Below are positions 9,211-18,340 of a DNA stretch of 64,000 nucleotides, piece by piece. The notes below the pieces were generated by a model. The model made no database searches. It was not told the DNA's origin and saw only the letters and a program-made list of their open reading frames with translations. A program made the translations under genes and the position numbers. Within the stretch, counting starts at the first letter, position 1; every line of letters begins with the position of its first letter. Source of the stretch: a virus. The DNA is taken from IMG/VR virus record IMGVR_UViG_3300044833_000182, positions 32,109 through 96,108 of that record. The stretch is one strand, 5' to 3'.

Positions 9211-9648
9211 ATGGGAACTCGCGCCGACGTATATCTCGGTCGCGGCGAGCAGGCTGAATGGCTCGGCAGTATCGCCTGGGACGGCGACCCTGACGGCGTC
9301 CAGGCCGCGCACCGCACCTACGGCGAACACGGCCGCGCCATGCTGCGGGCGACCGACGAGAAGGCGTTCCGCGAGGCCGTCAAGGCGTTCCTCGCGGCGC
9401 GCGAGGACGACGCCACCCTCCCGGAGATGGGCTGGCCGTGGCCGTGGGAGAACAGCCGCACCACGGATTTCGCCTACGCCTTCGACGGCGGCAAGGTGTG
9501 GGCGTCCTGCTTCGGTTATGCGTGGTTCGATCCGCTGCTGCCGATGCCGGAAAGCGACGGGCCAAAGTCGGCCGTTTTCCCGGACATGACGCATCGCCAG
9601 AAGGTGACGATGGGGCCGCGGTCGGGGCTGATCGTGCTGGGAATGTAG
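9211..9648 (+). CDS. Conserved phage protein (MGTRAD..WLGSIAWDG..GWPWPWENS)
   Basis: AAGGAG RBS; globular, aromatic-rich composition. Confidence 0.75.
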   Translation: MGTRADVYLGRGEQAEWLGSIAWDGDPDGVQAAHRTYGEHGRAMLRATDEKAFREAVKAFLAAREDDATLPEMGWPWPWENSRTTDFAYAFDGGKVWASCFGYAWFDPLLPMPESDGPKSAVFPDMTHRQKVTMGPRSGLIVLGM

Positions 9649-9770
9649 CGAACCATCCCGGGCCGCGCCGCCGCGCCGAGAGCGTCGGCAGCGTGACACG
9701 CCTTCCTGCCCCGGCTCGTTGCTGGCGGCGGGTGGGCGGCCCGGGGGAAGGAAACAAAGGAGAAGACGAC

Positions 9771-10040
9771 ATGGCATGCCCCACATGTAATGCGACGATG
9801 GCAAACCTTGGCCTGGAAAGCGAACGCGTCTTCCACTGCGCGACGTGCGGGACGGTCAAGAGCGTGGACGCGAACGGATTCGAGAACGTGACCGTTCCCG
9901 CACTCGTCGGCCGGGTGCGCGACTGTCTCAAGCAGTCCATCGCCGAGCCGCGCAGTTTCTCCGTCGCCGCGTGGTACTTCAGGGCGGCGTGCGAGGCGGC
10001 AGGCCTCGAGGTGGACGCTGTGAAGCAGGATTCACCGTGA
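9771..10040 (+). CDS. Zn-ribbon protein
   Basis: CPTC..CATC; AAGGAG RBS. Confidence 0.65.
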   Translation: MACPTCNATMANLGLESERVFHCATCGTVKSVDANGFENVTVPALVGRVRDCLKQSIAEPRSFSVAAWYFRAACEAAGLEVDAVKQDSP

Positions 10041-10041
10041 G

Positions 10042-10144
10042 ACCAGCCGGCCGGACACGCCTTTTCATGAGGCGTTGGGGCGCACCCCGCAGACGACTGG
10101 GCAACGTCTGCGGGCGTCCGGCTGGTGGATAGACGCCCGGAGGA
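10042..10144 (+). promoter_or_regulatory. Structured intergenic leader with mutually exclusive stems next to the RBS
   Basis: Stems 10042-50/10118-26, 10057-62/10070-75 and 10086-95/10105-14; alternative stem 10111-18/10132-39. Confidence 0.4.
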
Positions 10145-10151
10145 AGCAACG

Positions 10152-10403
10152 ATGCCTGAAGACCCCATCGACCAGATCGCCCGCGAGCTTGGCCTGGGAG
10201 CCACGAACCGTTACCCACACGGCAAGAACGCCCCCGATGACGAGGGCGAACTGAGGGCTGGCGTCACGCTTCAGGACGAGTTCATCATCCTGGCGTTCGG
10301 CAAGCCGGTGTCATGGGTAAGCATGACGGCGGCGAATGCCCGAGAGATAGCGGCGCTATTGCTGAAGAAGGCTGACGCGCTGGACGTCGCACGGCGAAAC
10401 TGA
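10152..10403 (+). CDS. Conserved small phage protein (LGAT..PHGK..DDEGEL..FGKPVSW)
   Basis: GGAGG RBS; motif recalled from many phage proteins. Confidence 0.75.
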   Translation: MPEDPIDQIARELGLGATNRYPHGKNAPDDEGELRAGVTLQDEFIILAFGKPVSWVSMTAANAREIAALLLKKADALDVARRN

Positions 10404-10433
10404 TCGCCCTTCACCCAACCGAAAGGACACACC

Positions 10434-10889
10434 ATGACCCTGAACGAACAGCCGCCGCTCGACGCCGACCGCTGGGATGACGCCGCCTACCGCGACGAAC
10501 TGCTGCTGCGCGTGCTCCCGGAGTGTCTCTGGGACGACGCGAGCGGAGACTACTCCACGCCAGAGGAGGCGAACAAGCGCGCCGAAGACTTCGTCGCGGA
10601 GGCCATGCGCCGCCGGGCGGCAAGGCGCAAGAAGCGGCAGACGGACGCGACCGGCGCAGACGACTCGCCCAGCTTCATCGGCGCGGCCATCCACCGGATC
10701 GACGGCGAGGAGCGGCGGCGCCGCCGGGACGCGCGGCCGGACGCCGTGGCGGCGAGGCAGCAACGCCGCCACCCGTCATGGACGCCGCGACAAGGTCCGA
10801 AGCCATCTCCCTGTCCGGGCAGGAAGCGCTCGACGCGCTTCTCCGCGACCGGGAACGGCACAAGGCGATCCGTCGTCAGGAGCCGCTGA
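10434..10889 (+). CDS. Hypothetical protein
   Basis: AAGGA RBS; the 3' part overlaps the next gene. Confidence 0.55.
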   Translation: MTLNEQPPLDADRWDDAAYRDELLLRVLPECLWDDASGDYSTPEEANKRAEDFVAEAMRRRAARRKKRQTDATGADDSPSFIGAAIHRIDGEERRRRRDARPDAVAARQQRRHPSWTPRQGPKPSPCPGRKRSTRFSATGNGTRRSVVRSR

Positions 10890-11044
10890 ACAGCGAGCCC
10901 GAGCCGGACGGCCGGTGTGCGGCGGGCGAGTGCGAAGTGATCGAAGTGGTGGACCAGCGGGAAGAGGCGTTACAGTTCCGAATCGTCGGTGGGGGCGAGC
11001 CCGAGAATATCCCGCACCACTATGAGGCAGACTTGCGGGACTGA
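10778..11044 (+). CDS. Hypothetical protein
   Basis: Protein-like acidic sequence MDAATRSEAISL.. Confidence 0.45.
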   Translation: MDAATRSEAISLSGQEALDALLRDRERHKAIRRQEPLNSEPEPDGRCAAGECEVIEVVDQREEALQFRIVGGGEPENIPHHYEADLRD

Positions 11045-11189
11045 GTCACGAGGAAGCGCTACCTGCGGCGTGCCACATTCGCGGTTCCTAGGTTATCGCG
11101 TCATAGGCGTCAGCAGGAACCCCCGGACGCCCGCCCATAACGGCGGGGCCGCGTCGAGAGGCGCGCCGTAGCGACGGTCGGGGGACTTT

Positions 11190-11301
11190 GCCCCTGTGCA
11201 TGGTGCATTCGACGAACTACTGCCGGTCTGGGCGCTGGGGCCGAAACCCCGTGCGACCCCATTCCGGCAGCGTTGATCGGGTTCGATTCCCGGCCGGGGC
11301 C
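11190..11301 (+). ncRNA. tRNA-like RNA 1 (acceptor stem, mini D-arm, T-arm; anticodon arm replaced by a ~68-nt irregular stem)
   Basis: GCCCCTG/CCGGGGC acceptor (6/7 pairs); T-arm TCGGG-TTCGATT-CCCGG; TCGACG/CGTTGA and CTGCCGG/CCGGCAG stems; intergenic. Confidence 0.6.
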
Positions 11302-11327
11302 TGAACAGAACTACGGAGAAACCAGCT

Positions 11328-11870
11328 ATGGAACGCTCCCCACCCGACGCCCCCACGCTCTCCGACCTGGCCGGCCGCGCCCGCGAACTGGCCGACGCCC
11401 TCGCCGTGTCCCCGCCCTGCACGGAGGCGATAGCGGGGCGGGCGTCGTGCCTCTCTCTGAAGGAACAGGAGTGGCGGCGATTCCGAGACCTGCGCAACGT
11501 CCCCTCCCTGACGCTCTACCGCCGGTTCGGCGAGCACGACCTCTGCCAGCCGTGCCGCGCCTACTGGTTCGCCCGCCGCTGCGAGATGGTGGTGCAAGAG
11601 ATGCTTGACGCCGCGCCGCCGCCAGAAGCGCCGGCCGTTGCGCCGCCCGCGTTCGACCCGGCAGCGTGGTTCCAGCAGACGCGGCCGGGGTTTCCCGTCG
11701 CCTGCTTGGGGGCGGTAATGGTTCTCCCCGCGATGACCGATTGCCCTCTCGGCTCCCTCGTCCCGCTGGCAGAGTGGCTCCTGGAGCAGCGGCCGGATTT
11801 AGAGGGGGCGATTCACACGGCCGTGCTGGAGCTGACGCGGAATGAGGATTTGAACGCGGCGGGGTGCTGA
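11328..11870 (+). CDS. Hypothetical protein
   Basis: GGAGA RBS; CQPC. Confidence 0.6.
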   Translation: MERSPPDAPTLSDLAGRARELADALAVSPPCTEAIAGRASCLSLKEQEWRRFRDLRNVPSLTLYRRFGEHDLCQPCRAYWFARRCEMVVQEMLDAAPPPEAPAVAPPAFDPAAWFQQTRPGFPVACLGAVMVLPAMTDCPLGSLVPLAEWLLEQRPDLEGAIHTAVLELTRNEDLNAAGC

Positions 11871-11938
11871 GGATGAGGGGATGCGAGGAGATTGAAAGCA
11901 GACGAGAATTTGGGCGGATATAGCGGAAGGAGATCCAG

Positions 11939-12499
11939 ATGACGAAAAAGGCAAGTCCGAAAAAGGCGAGTCGCCGCGTAAGCGTGAGCGACCGTGCCAG
12001 CGAAATCATTCAGAGGACGTGGGGGGATGTCCCCGTTCTCGATGCCACGGAGAATTTGCGCGTATTCATTCTTCCGGAAGACACGGTCGGCGCAGTCCGA
12101 AAAGATCCTGGATGCTGCGTCTTCGCGCGTGCATGCCAACGCACCTTTGGGGCAACAAAGGTTCTCTTTTTCCGCTCCGTTGCCTACGTCGAACTTCCCG
12201 ACGACGCGGGCAAGAAGCGGGTCGAGAGGTTTACCATGACCCCGGGCATGCGCAAACTCGTCGAGGCGTTCGATGCGGGGAAAAGCGTGATTCCCGAGGG
12301 TGGCTTCCTGCTGAAAGCACCTACTTACAGCAGGACCTTTGAACACTCCCGCGCCAAGAAAACCGCACAGCGGGAGCGGCAGAAGTTGCTCGGCAAGGCA
12401 GAACGAAAAGGCAACGCGGGCTCTGGCAGATACGAAGACGCTCCGCTCGTCGTTGATCTTTCTGTCCGTTCAGGTACGGGAGCCGTCCATTTCTCCTAG
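11939..12499 (+). CDS. Hypothetical basic protein (lower GC, moron-like)
   Basis: AAGGAG RBS. Confidence 0.7.
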   Translation: MTKKASPKKASRRVSVSDRASEIIQRTWGDVPVLDATENLRVFILPEDTVGAVRKDPGCCVFARACQRTFGATKVLFFRSVAYVELPDDAGKKRVERFTMTPGMRKLVEAFDAGKSVIPEGGFLLKAPTYSRTFEHSRAKKTAQRERQKLLGKAERKGNAGSGRYEDAPLVVDLSVRSGTGAVHFS

Positions 12500-12541
12500 A
12501 AGGACGGTTCGCCCGGATGCTGAACACAGGAGACCGGCACG

Positions 12542-12724
12542 ATGCCCACACTCACCCGATGGACGCCCTTCGCGGCAGGCGTCTGCAAAAAGCTCAGGCG
12601 CTGGCTGCTGTTCGCAGCCGGCATGCTGCTGGGGACTTTGGAAGCCACCCTCTGGCTAGGCGAGTACGAGTTGCTCGCGGCGGCGCTGATGTTGATGGAA
12701 GCGGCGGTGGGAGAGACCTACTAA
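12542..12724 (+). CDS. Small membrane protein
   Basis: AGGAG RBS; hydrophobic segments. Confidence 0.5.
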   Translation: MPTLTRWTPFAAGVCKKLRRWLLFAAGMLLGTLEATLWLGEYELLAAALMLMEAAVGETY

Positions 12725-12745
12725 CGCCCTGAAGAGAAAACGCTG

Positions 12746-13324
12746 ATGCTCGCCGCCGAAGAAGACGCCCTGATCCGCCTCCACTGGCCTCTGGCCCGCC
12801 TCCTGGCTGGCAAGCACGGTCGCGGCCGTCTGCGCTCCGACGACGGCGAGCGCCTCAGCGACGCCCTGCTTGGCCTGCTTCGCGCCGTCCGCACTCACCG
12901 CCCGCACTGGTTGCACCTGCACGCCTGGATCGAACGAAAGGTTAGAGGCGCTCTCCTCGACGGCGACCGCGAGCGGAGCGTGATGTCACGGTCACTGACG
13001 AAAGAAGTTGTCGCCGGCCGTCGCGAGGCCCTTCACCCTGCGACGAGACAGGAATTGCCTGATGGGATTTTCAGTCTGCCTGACTGCCGTGAGGAGGCTC
13101 CCGATGCTTCCCTCGTGCGCCGGGACCTGCTTGGCCGCCTGCTGCGCGACCTCAGCGTCAGCGAGCGCTCGACGGTTGAGCGCTATTACCTCGACGGTCT
13201 GACCCACGCGCAGATTGCAGCGGCGGACAGTCTCTCTCGGACGGGCGTCTTGCGGCGTCTCACTGATCTGATGCAGCAGTTGCGCGAGAAGGCCGCGCTG
13301 CTGGCCGAACGGGAGAAACGCTGA
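12746..13324 (+). CDS. Sigma70-family (FliA/WhiG-like) sigma factor
   Basis: Region 2 DALLGLLRAV..WIERKVRGALLDGDR; region 4 LSVSERSTVERYYLDGLTHAQIA..LSRTGV. Confidence 0.8.
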   Translation: MLAAEEDALIRLHWPLARLLAGKHGRGRLRSDDGERLSDALLGLLRAVRTHRPHWLHLHAWIERKVRGALLDGDRERSVMSRSLTKEVVAGRREALHPATRQELPDGIFSLPDCREEAPDASLVRRDLLGRLLRDLSVSERSTVERYYLDGLTHAQIAAADSLSRTGVLRRLTDLMQQLREKAALLAEREKR

Positions 13325-13500
13325 TGCCCGCCGCCGACTTGGCCCGCCGTTCCACCTGCCGCCCGGGACTGACGAGCCGCAGCTACCGCCGGGAGCACCC
13401 GTCGAAGGCGCTGGCCCCGGCCAGCGATTGCTGCCTGCTGGACGCGGCCCGACAGGAGAGGATCGCCCAGCACGCCGCCCGCCGCCGAGAGGGAATTGCC

Positions 13501-13941
13501 GTGACGCGACAATCGATCCTCGCCGAAGTGTCTGCCGAACGCGACCGTCAGGACCGCGACTACGGCGCCAGGCATGATGACGGCCTTCAGCGAAACGACT
13601 GGTCTGCCATCGCCGCCCGTCATCTCGGGCTCGCTTCCAGCGACGGCGCGGAGACGGACGCCGACCGCTGGCGTCGCCAACTCATCCGCCTCGCAGCCGT
13701 TGCCGTGGCCGCCATCGAGTCAGCCGACCGCAAGGGCCAATCTCACCCGGAACTGGCGGCACGATTGCAGGCGCTCGCCGATCAGCACTGCGAGCCCGTG
13801 TTGCTGCTGGCGGACGGTGCGCCCGGGATGGAGTACCGGTCGCGCACTCCCTACGGCGTGTTGCTGAGTCAGGCGAGCGGGTGGGAGAAGGCAAATCAGA
13901 TGAGGACGATTGAGCCAACGAAAATGGAGGGCGTCTCGTGA
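13501..13941 (+). CDS. MazG-like/all-alpha NTP pyrophosphohydrolase-related protein (frame open from 13324)
   Basis: ILAEVSAERDRQD..HDD..W..RRQLIRLAAVAVAAIES. Confidence 0.6.
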   Translation: MTRQSILAEVSAERDRQDRDYGARHDDGLQRNDWSAIAARHLGLASSDGAETDADRWRRQLIRLAAVAVAAIESADRKGQSHPELAARLQALADQHCEPVLLLADGAPGMEYRSRTPYGVLLSQASGWEKANQMRTIEPTKMEGVS

Positions 13942-14462
13942 AACGCTGCCTTATTTACAGAGGCTTGCCGGGCGCCGGAAAAAGTACGGCGGTTCGCTGG
14001 CGTCGAGCATCCCTCGCCTGGGACGGCGTCGAGTTCGTGGTTTGCTCTTCAGACGATCACTTCATCGGGCCCGACGGCGTCTATCGCTTCGCGCTCGCCG
14101 AGTTGCCTGATGCTCACGCCGCATGTCAGCAGAAATGCCTGGACGCAATGGCCCGGGGCGTCAGCGTGGTCCTGATCGACAACACCAACGTCACCGCGAG
14201 GGAGTGCAGGCCATACGTCGATCTCGCTCAGCGGTACGGCTACACCGTGGAGTTCGTCGAGCCCAGCACGCCGTGGGCGTTCGACCTGACGGAGTTGAGC
14301 AACCGCAACACGCACGGCGTTCCCTTGGCGACCCTCCAGCGGATGCTGTCGCGATGGGTTCCCGACATGACCGTGGAGAAGGCGCTGACGGCCGACCCCG
14401 CGCCTGGGAAGCCGACCAACGATGAACGATGCGCCGATCTCGCCCGGGAGGTGCGGAAATGA
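13938..14462 (+). CDS. P-loop kinase (AAA_33, N4BP2-like polynucleotide kinase)
   Basis: RGLPGAGKST, SSDDHF, VLIDNTN, RNTHGVP. Confidence 0.88.
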   Translation: MKRCLIYRGLPGAGKSTAVRWRRASLAWDGVEFVVCSSDDHFIGPDGVYRFALAELPDAHAACQQKCLDAMARGVSVVLIDNTNVTARECRPYVDLAQRYGYTVEFVEPSTPWAFDLTELSNRNTHGVPLATLQRMLSRWVPDMTVEKALTADPAPGKPTNDERCADLAREVRK

Positions 14463-14749
14463 GCAAATCCCTCAACCTCGACCGCCTCTCCCCTGACGAC
14501 CTGCGCCGTCTGGTTGTCGTCCTGATCAGCCGCCTCGACCAGGCCCGCATGGGCGAACGCGACGCCGGACGCAGTGCGACCAGGGCGACGCTGCAAGCCG
14601 CGGCAGCACTGGCAAACGAGCGGCGAGCGGTGCAGGAGACGATCGAAGCGGTTCGCGGCGAGCGGGACGCTCTGCGCTGGGCGGCGGAGGCGGAGCGGGA
14701 GGTGCGGGGGCTGCGATGGATGCTGAAGCAAGAGAGGAGGAGAAAGTGA
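14459..14749 (+). CDS. Coiled-coil hypothetical protein
   Basis: ATGA overlap. Confidence 0.55.
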   Translation: MSKSLNLDRLSPDDLRRLVVVLISRLDQARMGERDAGRSATRATLQAAAALANERRAVQETIEAVRGERDALRWAAEAEREVRGLRWMLKQERRRK

Positions 14750-14967
14750 GCTACAACCGCGAGAGCCTGATTCCGTTCTCAACCTGGAAACACGTCGTGA
14801 CCGGGTCGTTTTACACCGTCTTCGGCATTGCCTCCTGCTCCACGAACGGGCCGCGCGAAGGAGTGGAGGAATCCGTGGTCTACGTCAGCCACACATACGA
14901 TGGGTTGCTCTACCGCGAACTCAGCGAATTCACCGATGGCAGATTTGAGCCGGTTACGCCCACCTGA
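14746..14967 (+). CDS. DUF1653-like protein
   Basis: WKHVVTGSFYTV..ESVVY..LLYRELSEFTDGRF. Confidence 0.7.
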   Translation: MSYNRESLIPFSTWKHVVTGSFYTVFGIASCSTNGPREGVEESVVYVSHTYDGLLYRELSEFTDGRFEPVTPT

Positions 14968-15066
14968 AGCCGCGGCCGGCGGCGGGTGTGCGGGCGCTCG
15001 CTCGTTGCGGACAACATCGCTGGGCTCGCGCCCGATGGCCGGCCGTGAACGGATCTGGAGGGGAAA

Positions 15067-15672
15067 ATGATCAGCTTGATTGTTGCCATGACCAAACGCG
15101 GCGTCATCGGGGACAGCGGCCGAATCCCCTGGCACTGTCCGCCGGACCTGAAGCGGTTCCGTGATCTCACGATGGAAAAGGCTGTCGTCTTCGGTCGCAA
15201 GACGTGGGAGAGCATCAGCAAGCCGCTTCCCGGACGGCGCGTCTGGGTCCTCACGCATCGACCGGACCTGTACGAGACGGCAACGGCCGACGACCCGGAT
15301 TACTTCGGACATCTATGGGAGCAATTGGTGCATCTGGGCGCTGGTTGGCCGGAGGTGCTGATCTGCGGCGGCGCGTCGGTGTACCGGCAGGCGCTCGCTC
15401 TGACCACGCAACTCGGGGGAATCGACTGGAAGAAAGCGCCGCCGATGGTGACGCGGATGTATCTCACGGAGTTGGACGCCGACGTTCCCGGTAGCGTCTT
15501 CTTCCCGCCGTGGGACCGCGGCGTGTGGCGAGTGATCTCGTCGGAGCGGTGTGAGGGCGACGGGCCGAACGCGATGCCGCACACGTTCAGCGTCCTGGAA
15601 CGTTCCGGGAGAGCGGTTCCCCCGGGCTCTTCGCCCGCAACCTCCTTGTCAGAGGGCGCGCCTATGGGCTGA
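15067..15672 (+). CDS. folA: Dihydrofolate reductase
   Basis: ISLIVAM..VIG..IPWHCPPDLKRFRDLT..GRKTWESI.KPLPGR; ICGGASVY; RMYLT..GSVFFP. Confidence 0.95.
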   Translation: MISLIVAMTKRGVIGDSGRIPWHCPPDLKRFRDLTMEKAVVFGRKTWESISKPLPGRRVWVLTHRPDLYETATADDPDYFGHLWEQLVHLGAGWPEVLICGGASVYRQALALTTQLGGIDWKKAPPMVTRMYLTELDADVPGSVFFPPWDRGVWRVISSERCEGDGPNAMPHTFSVLERSGRAVPPGSSPATSLSEGAPMG

Positions 15673-15760
15673 CGTGATAGTGAAGGCAGGTTGGGGCGCG
15701 GCGGCGTCTGCTGGCAATCGAACGCCGCCGCGCGTTTCGCCCGGGAAAGGAGCATCGACG

Positions 15761-15973
15761 ATGGAAGACAACAAAGATCCTCAGGGGTGTTTCTACTGCT
15801 GCCTCGCCGCGGTGCATGTCTGCTCTGGGTCCGGCGGCTGCGGCAAGCCGATCTGCGTCGTTCACAGCCAGCCTTACGATGGGGGCGGCGGCTGGCGGTG
15901 CCAGACGATTCTGACGCCAGCAGCTGAACTGGCGGTCACGCCCGCCAGCGAGGATGACGGTTCGCCTGACTGA
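15761..15973 (+). CDS. Small Cys/His-rich protein
   Basis: AAGGAG RBS; CFYC..C..CGKPICVVH. Confidence 0.5.
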   Translation: MEDNKDPQGCFYCCLAAVHVCSGSGGCGKPICVVHSQPYDGGGGWRCQTILTPAAELAVTPASEDDGSPD

Positions 15974-15986
15974 GAGAGGAGACGCG

Positions 15987-16178
15987 ATGAAGGCATACAC
16001 CTGTACGCAAGCCGAGCCCTGTCCGGAGAAGCGCGCCAAGGCGGAGACTCCCGCGGGGCATCTGTTCATCGTGAACCATCCCGACGCCGCGAAAATGGAA
16101 GTCATGGAAACGGACGGCAAGGGCGCAGAACACAAGCGCATGGCGAATGTGTGTCCCCACTGCCGGGAAATCTGGTGA
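15987..16178 (+). CDS. Small Zn-binding protein
   Basis: GAGGA RBS; HPDA..CPHC. Confidence 0.6.
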   Translation: MKAYTCTQAEPCPEKRAKAETPAGHLFIVNHPDAAKMEVMETDGKGAEHKRMANVCPHCREIW

Positions 16179-16344
16179 GGAGCGACCCCATGAAGAAGCA
16201 CATCTTGCACTTCGCCCAGCTCCGCCACCGCGGCGAGCGCATCCACCCCCGGCACCGGCGGGATCGGGCGTTGTGGCGGGTGGTGCTGCGGGTGGTGCTG
16301 CGGGCGGTGGCGCCGCTGGTACGGCTACGGAAGGAGGAACAATC

Positions 16345-16623
16345 ATGGGCATGAACCCTGAACAGCGAGCAACGGTGTACGCGGACAAGATCGCCCAATC
16401 CTTCGGGATGGACAACAAGGACCGCAAGGAGGTGTATCTGCTGTTCCTCGAAGCACTCAAGGCGCAACAGGCGGACGCAATGCAGCCGCTGGTAACGATC
16501 CGCGACATTGCCCGCGAAGCGCCCGAAGGCGAACACGGCAGCGCGGACGAGGTTGTGGCCCGGTTGGGGGAGATTGCCCGCGACGCCCTGCGGCAGACGC
16601 TGGATCTGGAGGGGGACGCCTGA
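16345..16623 (+). CDS. Hypothetical protein
   Basis: AAGGAGG RBS. Confidence 0.6.
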   Translation: MGMNPEQRATVYADKIAQSFGMDNKDRKEVYLLFLEALKAQQADAMQPLVTIRDIAREAPEGEHGSADEVVARLGEIARDALRQTLDLEGDA

Positions 16624-17036
16624 TGATGACCCAGAACGATTGGGACCGCCTACAAACCATGATCCGAGAGGAGTTGGCGCGCGACGGCAAACTGCGGGTG
16701 GACGTGGACGTTCTCTCCGCCCTCATCGGCGAGAAGCTCGCCCCCGTCGTCGCCGGCGCCGTGGCCGTCATGCAGGAAATGCGCGAGCGTGACCGGAAGG
16801 CCGCAGGACACCGCGCCGCCCTGGAGCGAATCAGACTCCATGCCAACATCGGCGAACCATACTCCGCTGATGTCGCCCGGGAGGCGCTCGCCGGCACCAG
16901 CGAGAAACCAGCCGACCCCTGCCGCACCGCCCTGGAGCGCATTGCCCGTGAGTGCGGGGCGAGCCCGCAAGAGGCTACCGGCGTGCTGGCGGCGCGGATT
17001 GCAGGGGAAGCGCTGAAGCAGGAGGAAACGACGTGA
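16623..17036 (+). CDS. Hypothetical protein with an internal 'ALERI..IA.EAL' duplication
   Basis: TGATG coupling with the previous gene. Confidence 0.6.
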   Translation: MMTQNDWDRLQTMIREELARDGKLRVDVDVLSALIGEKLAPVVAGAVAVMQEMRERDRKAAGHRAALERIRLHANIGEPYSADVAREALAGTSEKPADPCRTALERIARECGASPQEATGVLAARIAGEALKQEETT

Positions 17037-17737
17037 TCCGCACCGTGGGAGACGAGTTGCTGCAAGCGATCCGCGAAGAACCTGGCGTCGATGCGCCGCG
17101 GATGATCTACGCCGACTGGCTGGAAGAGAACGGCGGGGACGCCGACCGCGCCGCCTTCATCCGCCTGTGCTGCATCAAGGGACGGTCCATGCTGCCCGTT
17201 GCGGCCGGGAAGATGCTCGACGCGCACGCGGACAAGTGGCTGCTGGAGCCGCTGGAGAAGCTGACCGGGCTGCCGATGATGGTTGGCTGGAGGAAGGGGC
17301 GCAGGTTGGCCTTGCGCGTCACAGGCGGGGGCAGCGTGAACGCCTGGGCAATCCTGAACTACCGTCGCGGGTTCGTCGCTGACGCGACGTTCTACACAAT
17401 CAAGCAGGCGTACTACCTCGCCGGGGCGGTTATGGCGATCGAGCCAACGGCCGTCTGCCGCTTCGCCCATTCGCAAGCATTACCGTGCGGTTCATGGCAT
17501 ATCGACTGCCGGACGTTCATGGAGCCGCCGCCACTCGTCCCGCGCCCGTGGGAGCGCTTTTACGCGGAGTGGTTCGACCTGCTTGCCGGGTTCGAGGGGA
17601 CTTCGGACGGCCACAAGCACTACATCCGCCAGTCGCGCGAGTCCCCGCAGCAGTGGCGCGACCGGGCGCATGGCGCCGCCGACGCGGCCTTGACGGCGCT
17701 GGCACGGCAGAAGGCGGCGATGCTGTCGGCCGATTGA
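17033..17737 (+). CDS. TIGR02996-type domain protein
   Basis: ELLQAIREEPGVDAPRMIYADWLEENG..RAAFIRL; YRRGFV. Confidence 0.85.
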   Translation: MIRTVGDELLQAIREEPGVDAPRMIYADWLEENGGDADRAAFIRLCCIKGRSMLPVAAGKMLDAHADKWLLEPLEKLTGLPMMVGWRKGRRLALRVTGGGSVNAWAILNYRRGFVADATFYTIKQAYYLAGAVMAIEPTAVCRFAHSQALPCGSWHIDCRTFMEPPPLVPRPWERFYAEWFDLLAGFEGTSDGHKHYIRQSRESPQQWRDRAHGAADAALTALARQKAAMLSAD

Positions 17738-17840
17738 ACCACCCTTCCCCGGCGTGCGGCTTGTCGCCGCCGTCCCGCACTCGTTGGGCGCTTGCGCTGG
17801 GCCGGGAGAGGGGGACTTTCGCCAGTGAAGGAGGAACGCG

Positions 17841-18326
17841 ATGGCTGAGGAGAACGAATCGCCCAATGAAAGACCTCCGTTGTTCGTTGAGCCAACGACC
17901 AGGCAGGAGGCCGAAAAAAGGATTGTCACGCTCAACGGCGAGAAGGCCAGCATCGAGGGGCAACTCTCAAACATGGGGAAGAGGCATCCGGACGGGCAGA
18001 TGATGACCGGCGTTGAGTACCATCAGTGGCGACATCGCGCCATCTGCGCGGTGAAGTGGAAGACAAGCGAGGCGCTCTTCCTGAAAAGGTGGCTAGCGGC
18101 TCATCCGCCGGCAAGCGAGGGCGTCGGTGGGAGCCTGAAGCGCCCTATGGGAAACATCATGAAAACGCTCGGCAGGCAGGTGGCGGCGATGGAGAAAATA
18201 CGCCTGGCCGCGATGGAATTGCTGGAAGGTCTGCCCGCCGATCAGACCGAAGAGGTTGAATTGCTGACGGACAACCTCGCGGCGGCGCTCGATGCGTTTG
18301 AACAAACAACCGCGGAAGATTCCTGA
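17841..18326 (+). CDS. Hypothetical protein
   Basis: AAGGAGG RBS. Confidence 0.65.
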   Translation: MAEENESPNERPPLFVEPTTRQEAEKRIVTLNGEKASIEGQLSNMGKRHPDGQMMTGVEYHQWRHRAICAVKWKTSEALFLKRWLAAHPPASEGVGGSLKRPMGNIMKTLGRQVAAMEKIRLAAMELLEGLPADQTEEVELLTDNLAAALDAFEQTTAEDS

Positions 18327-18340
18327 TAGGAGCAACGCCG

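Noticed and set aside
11190-11301. tmRNA (ssrA)
   Set aside because: Too short, with no G3:U70 alanine identity pair, tag reading frame or encoded CCA.
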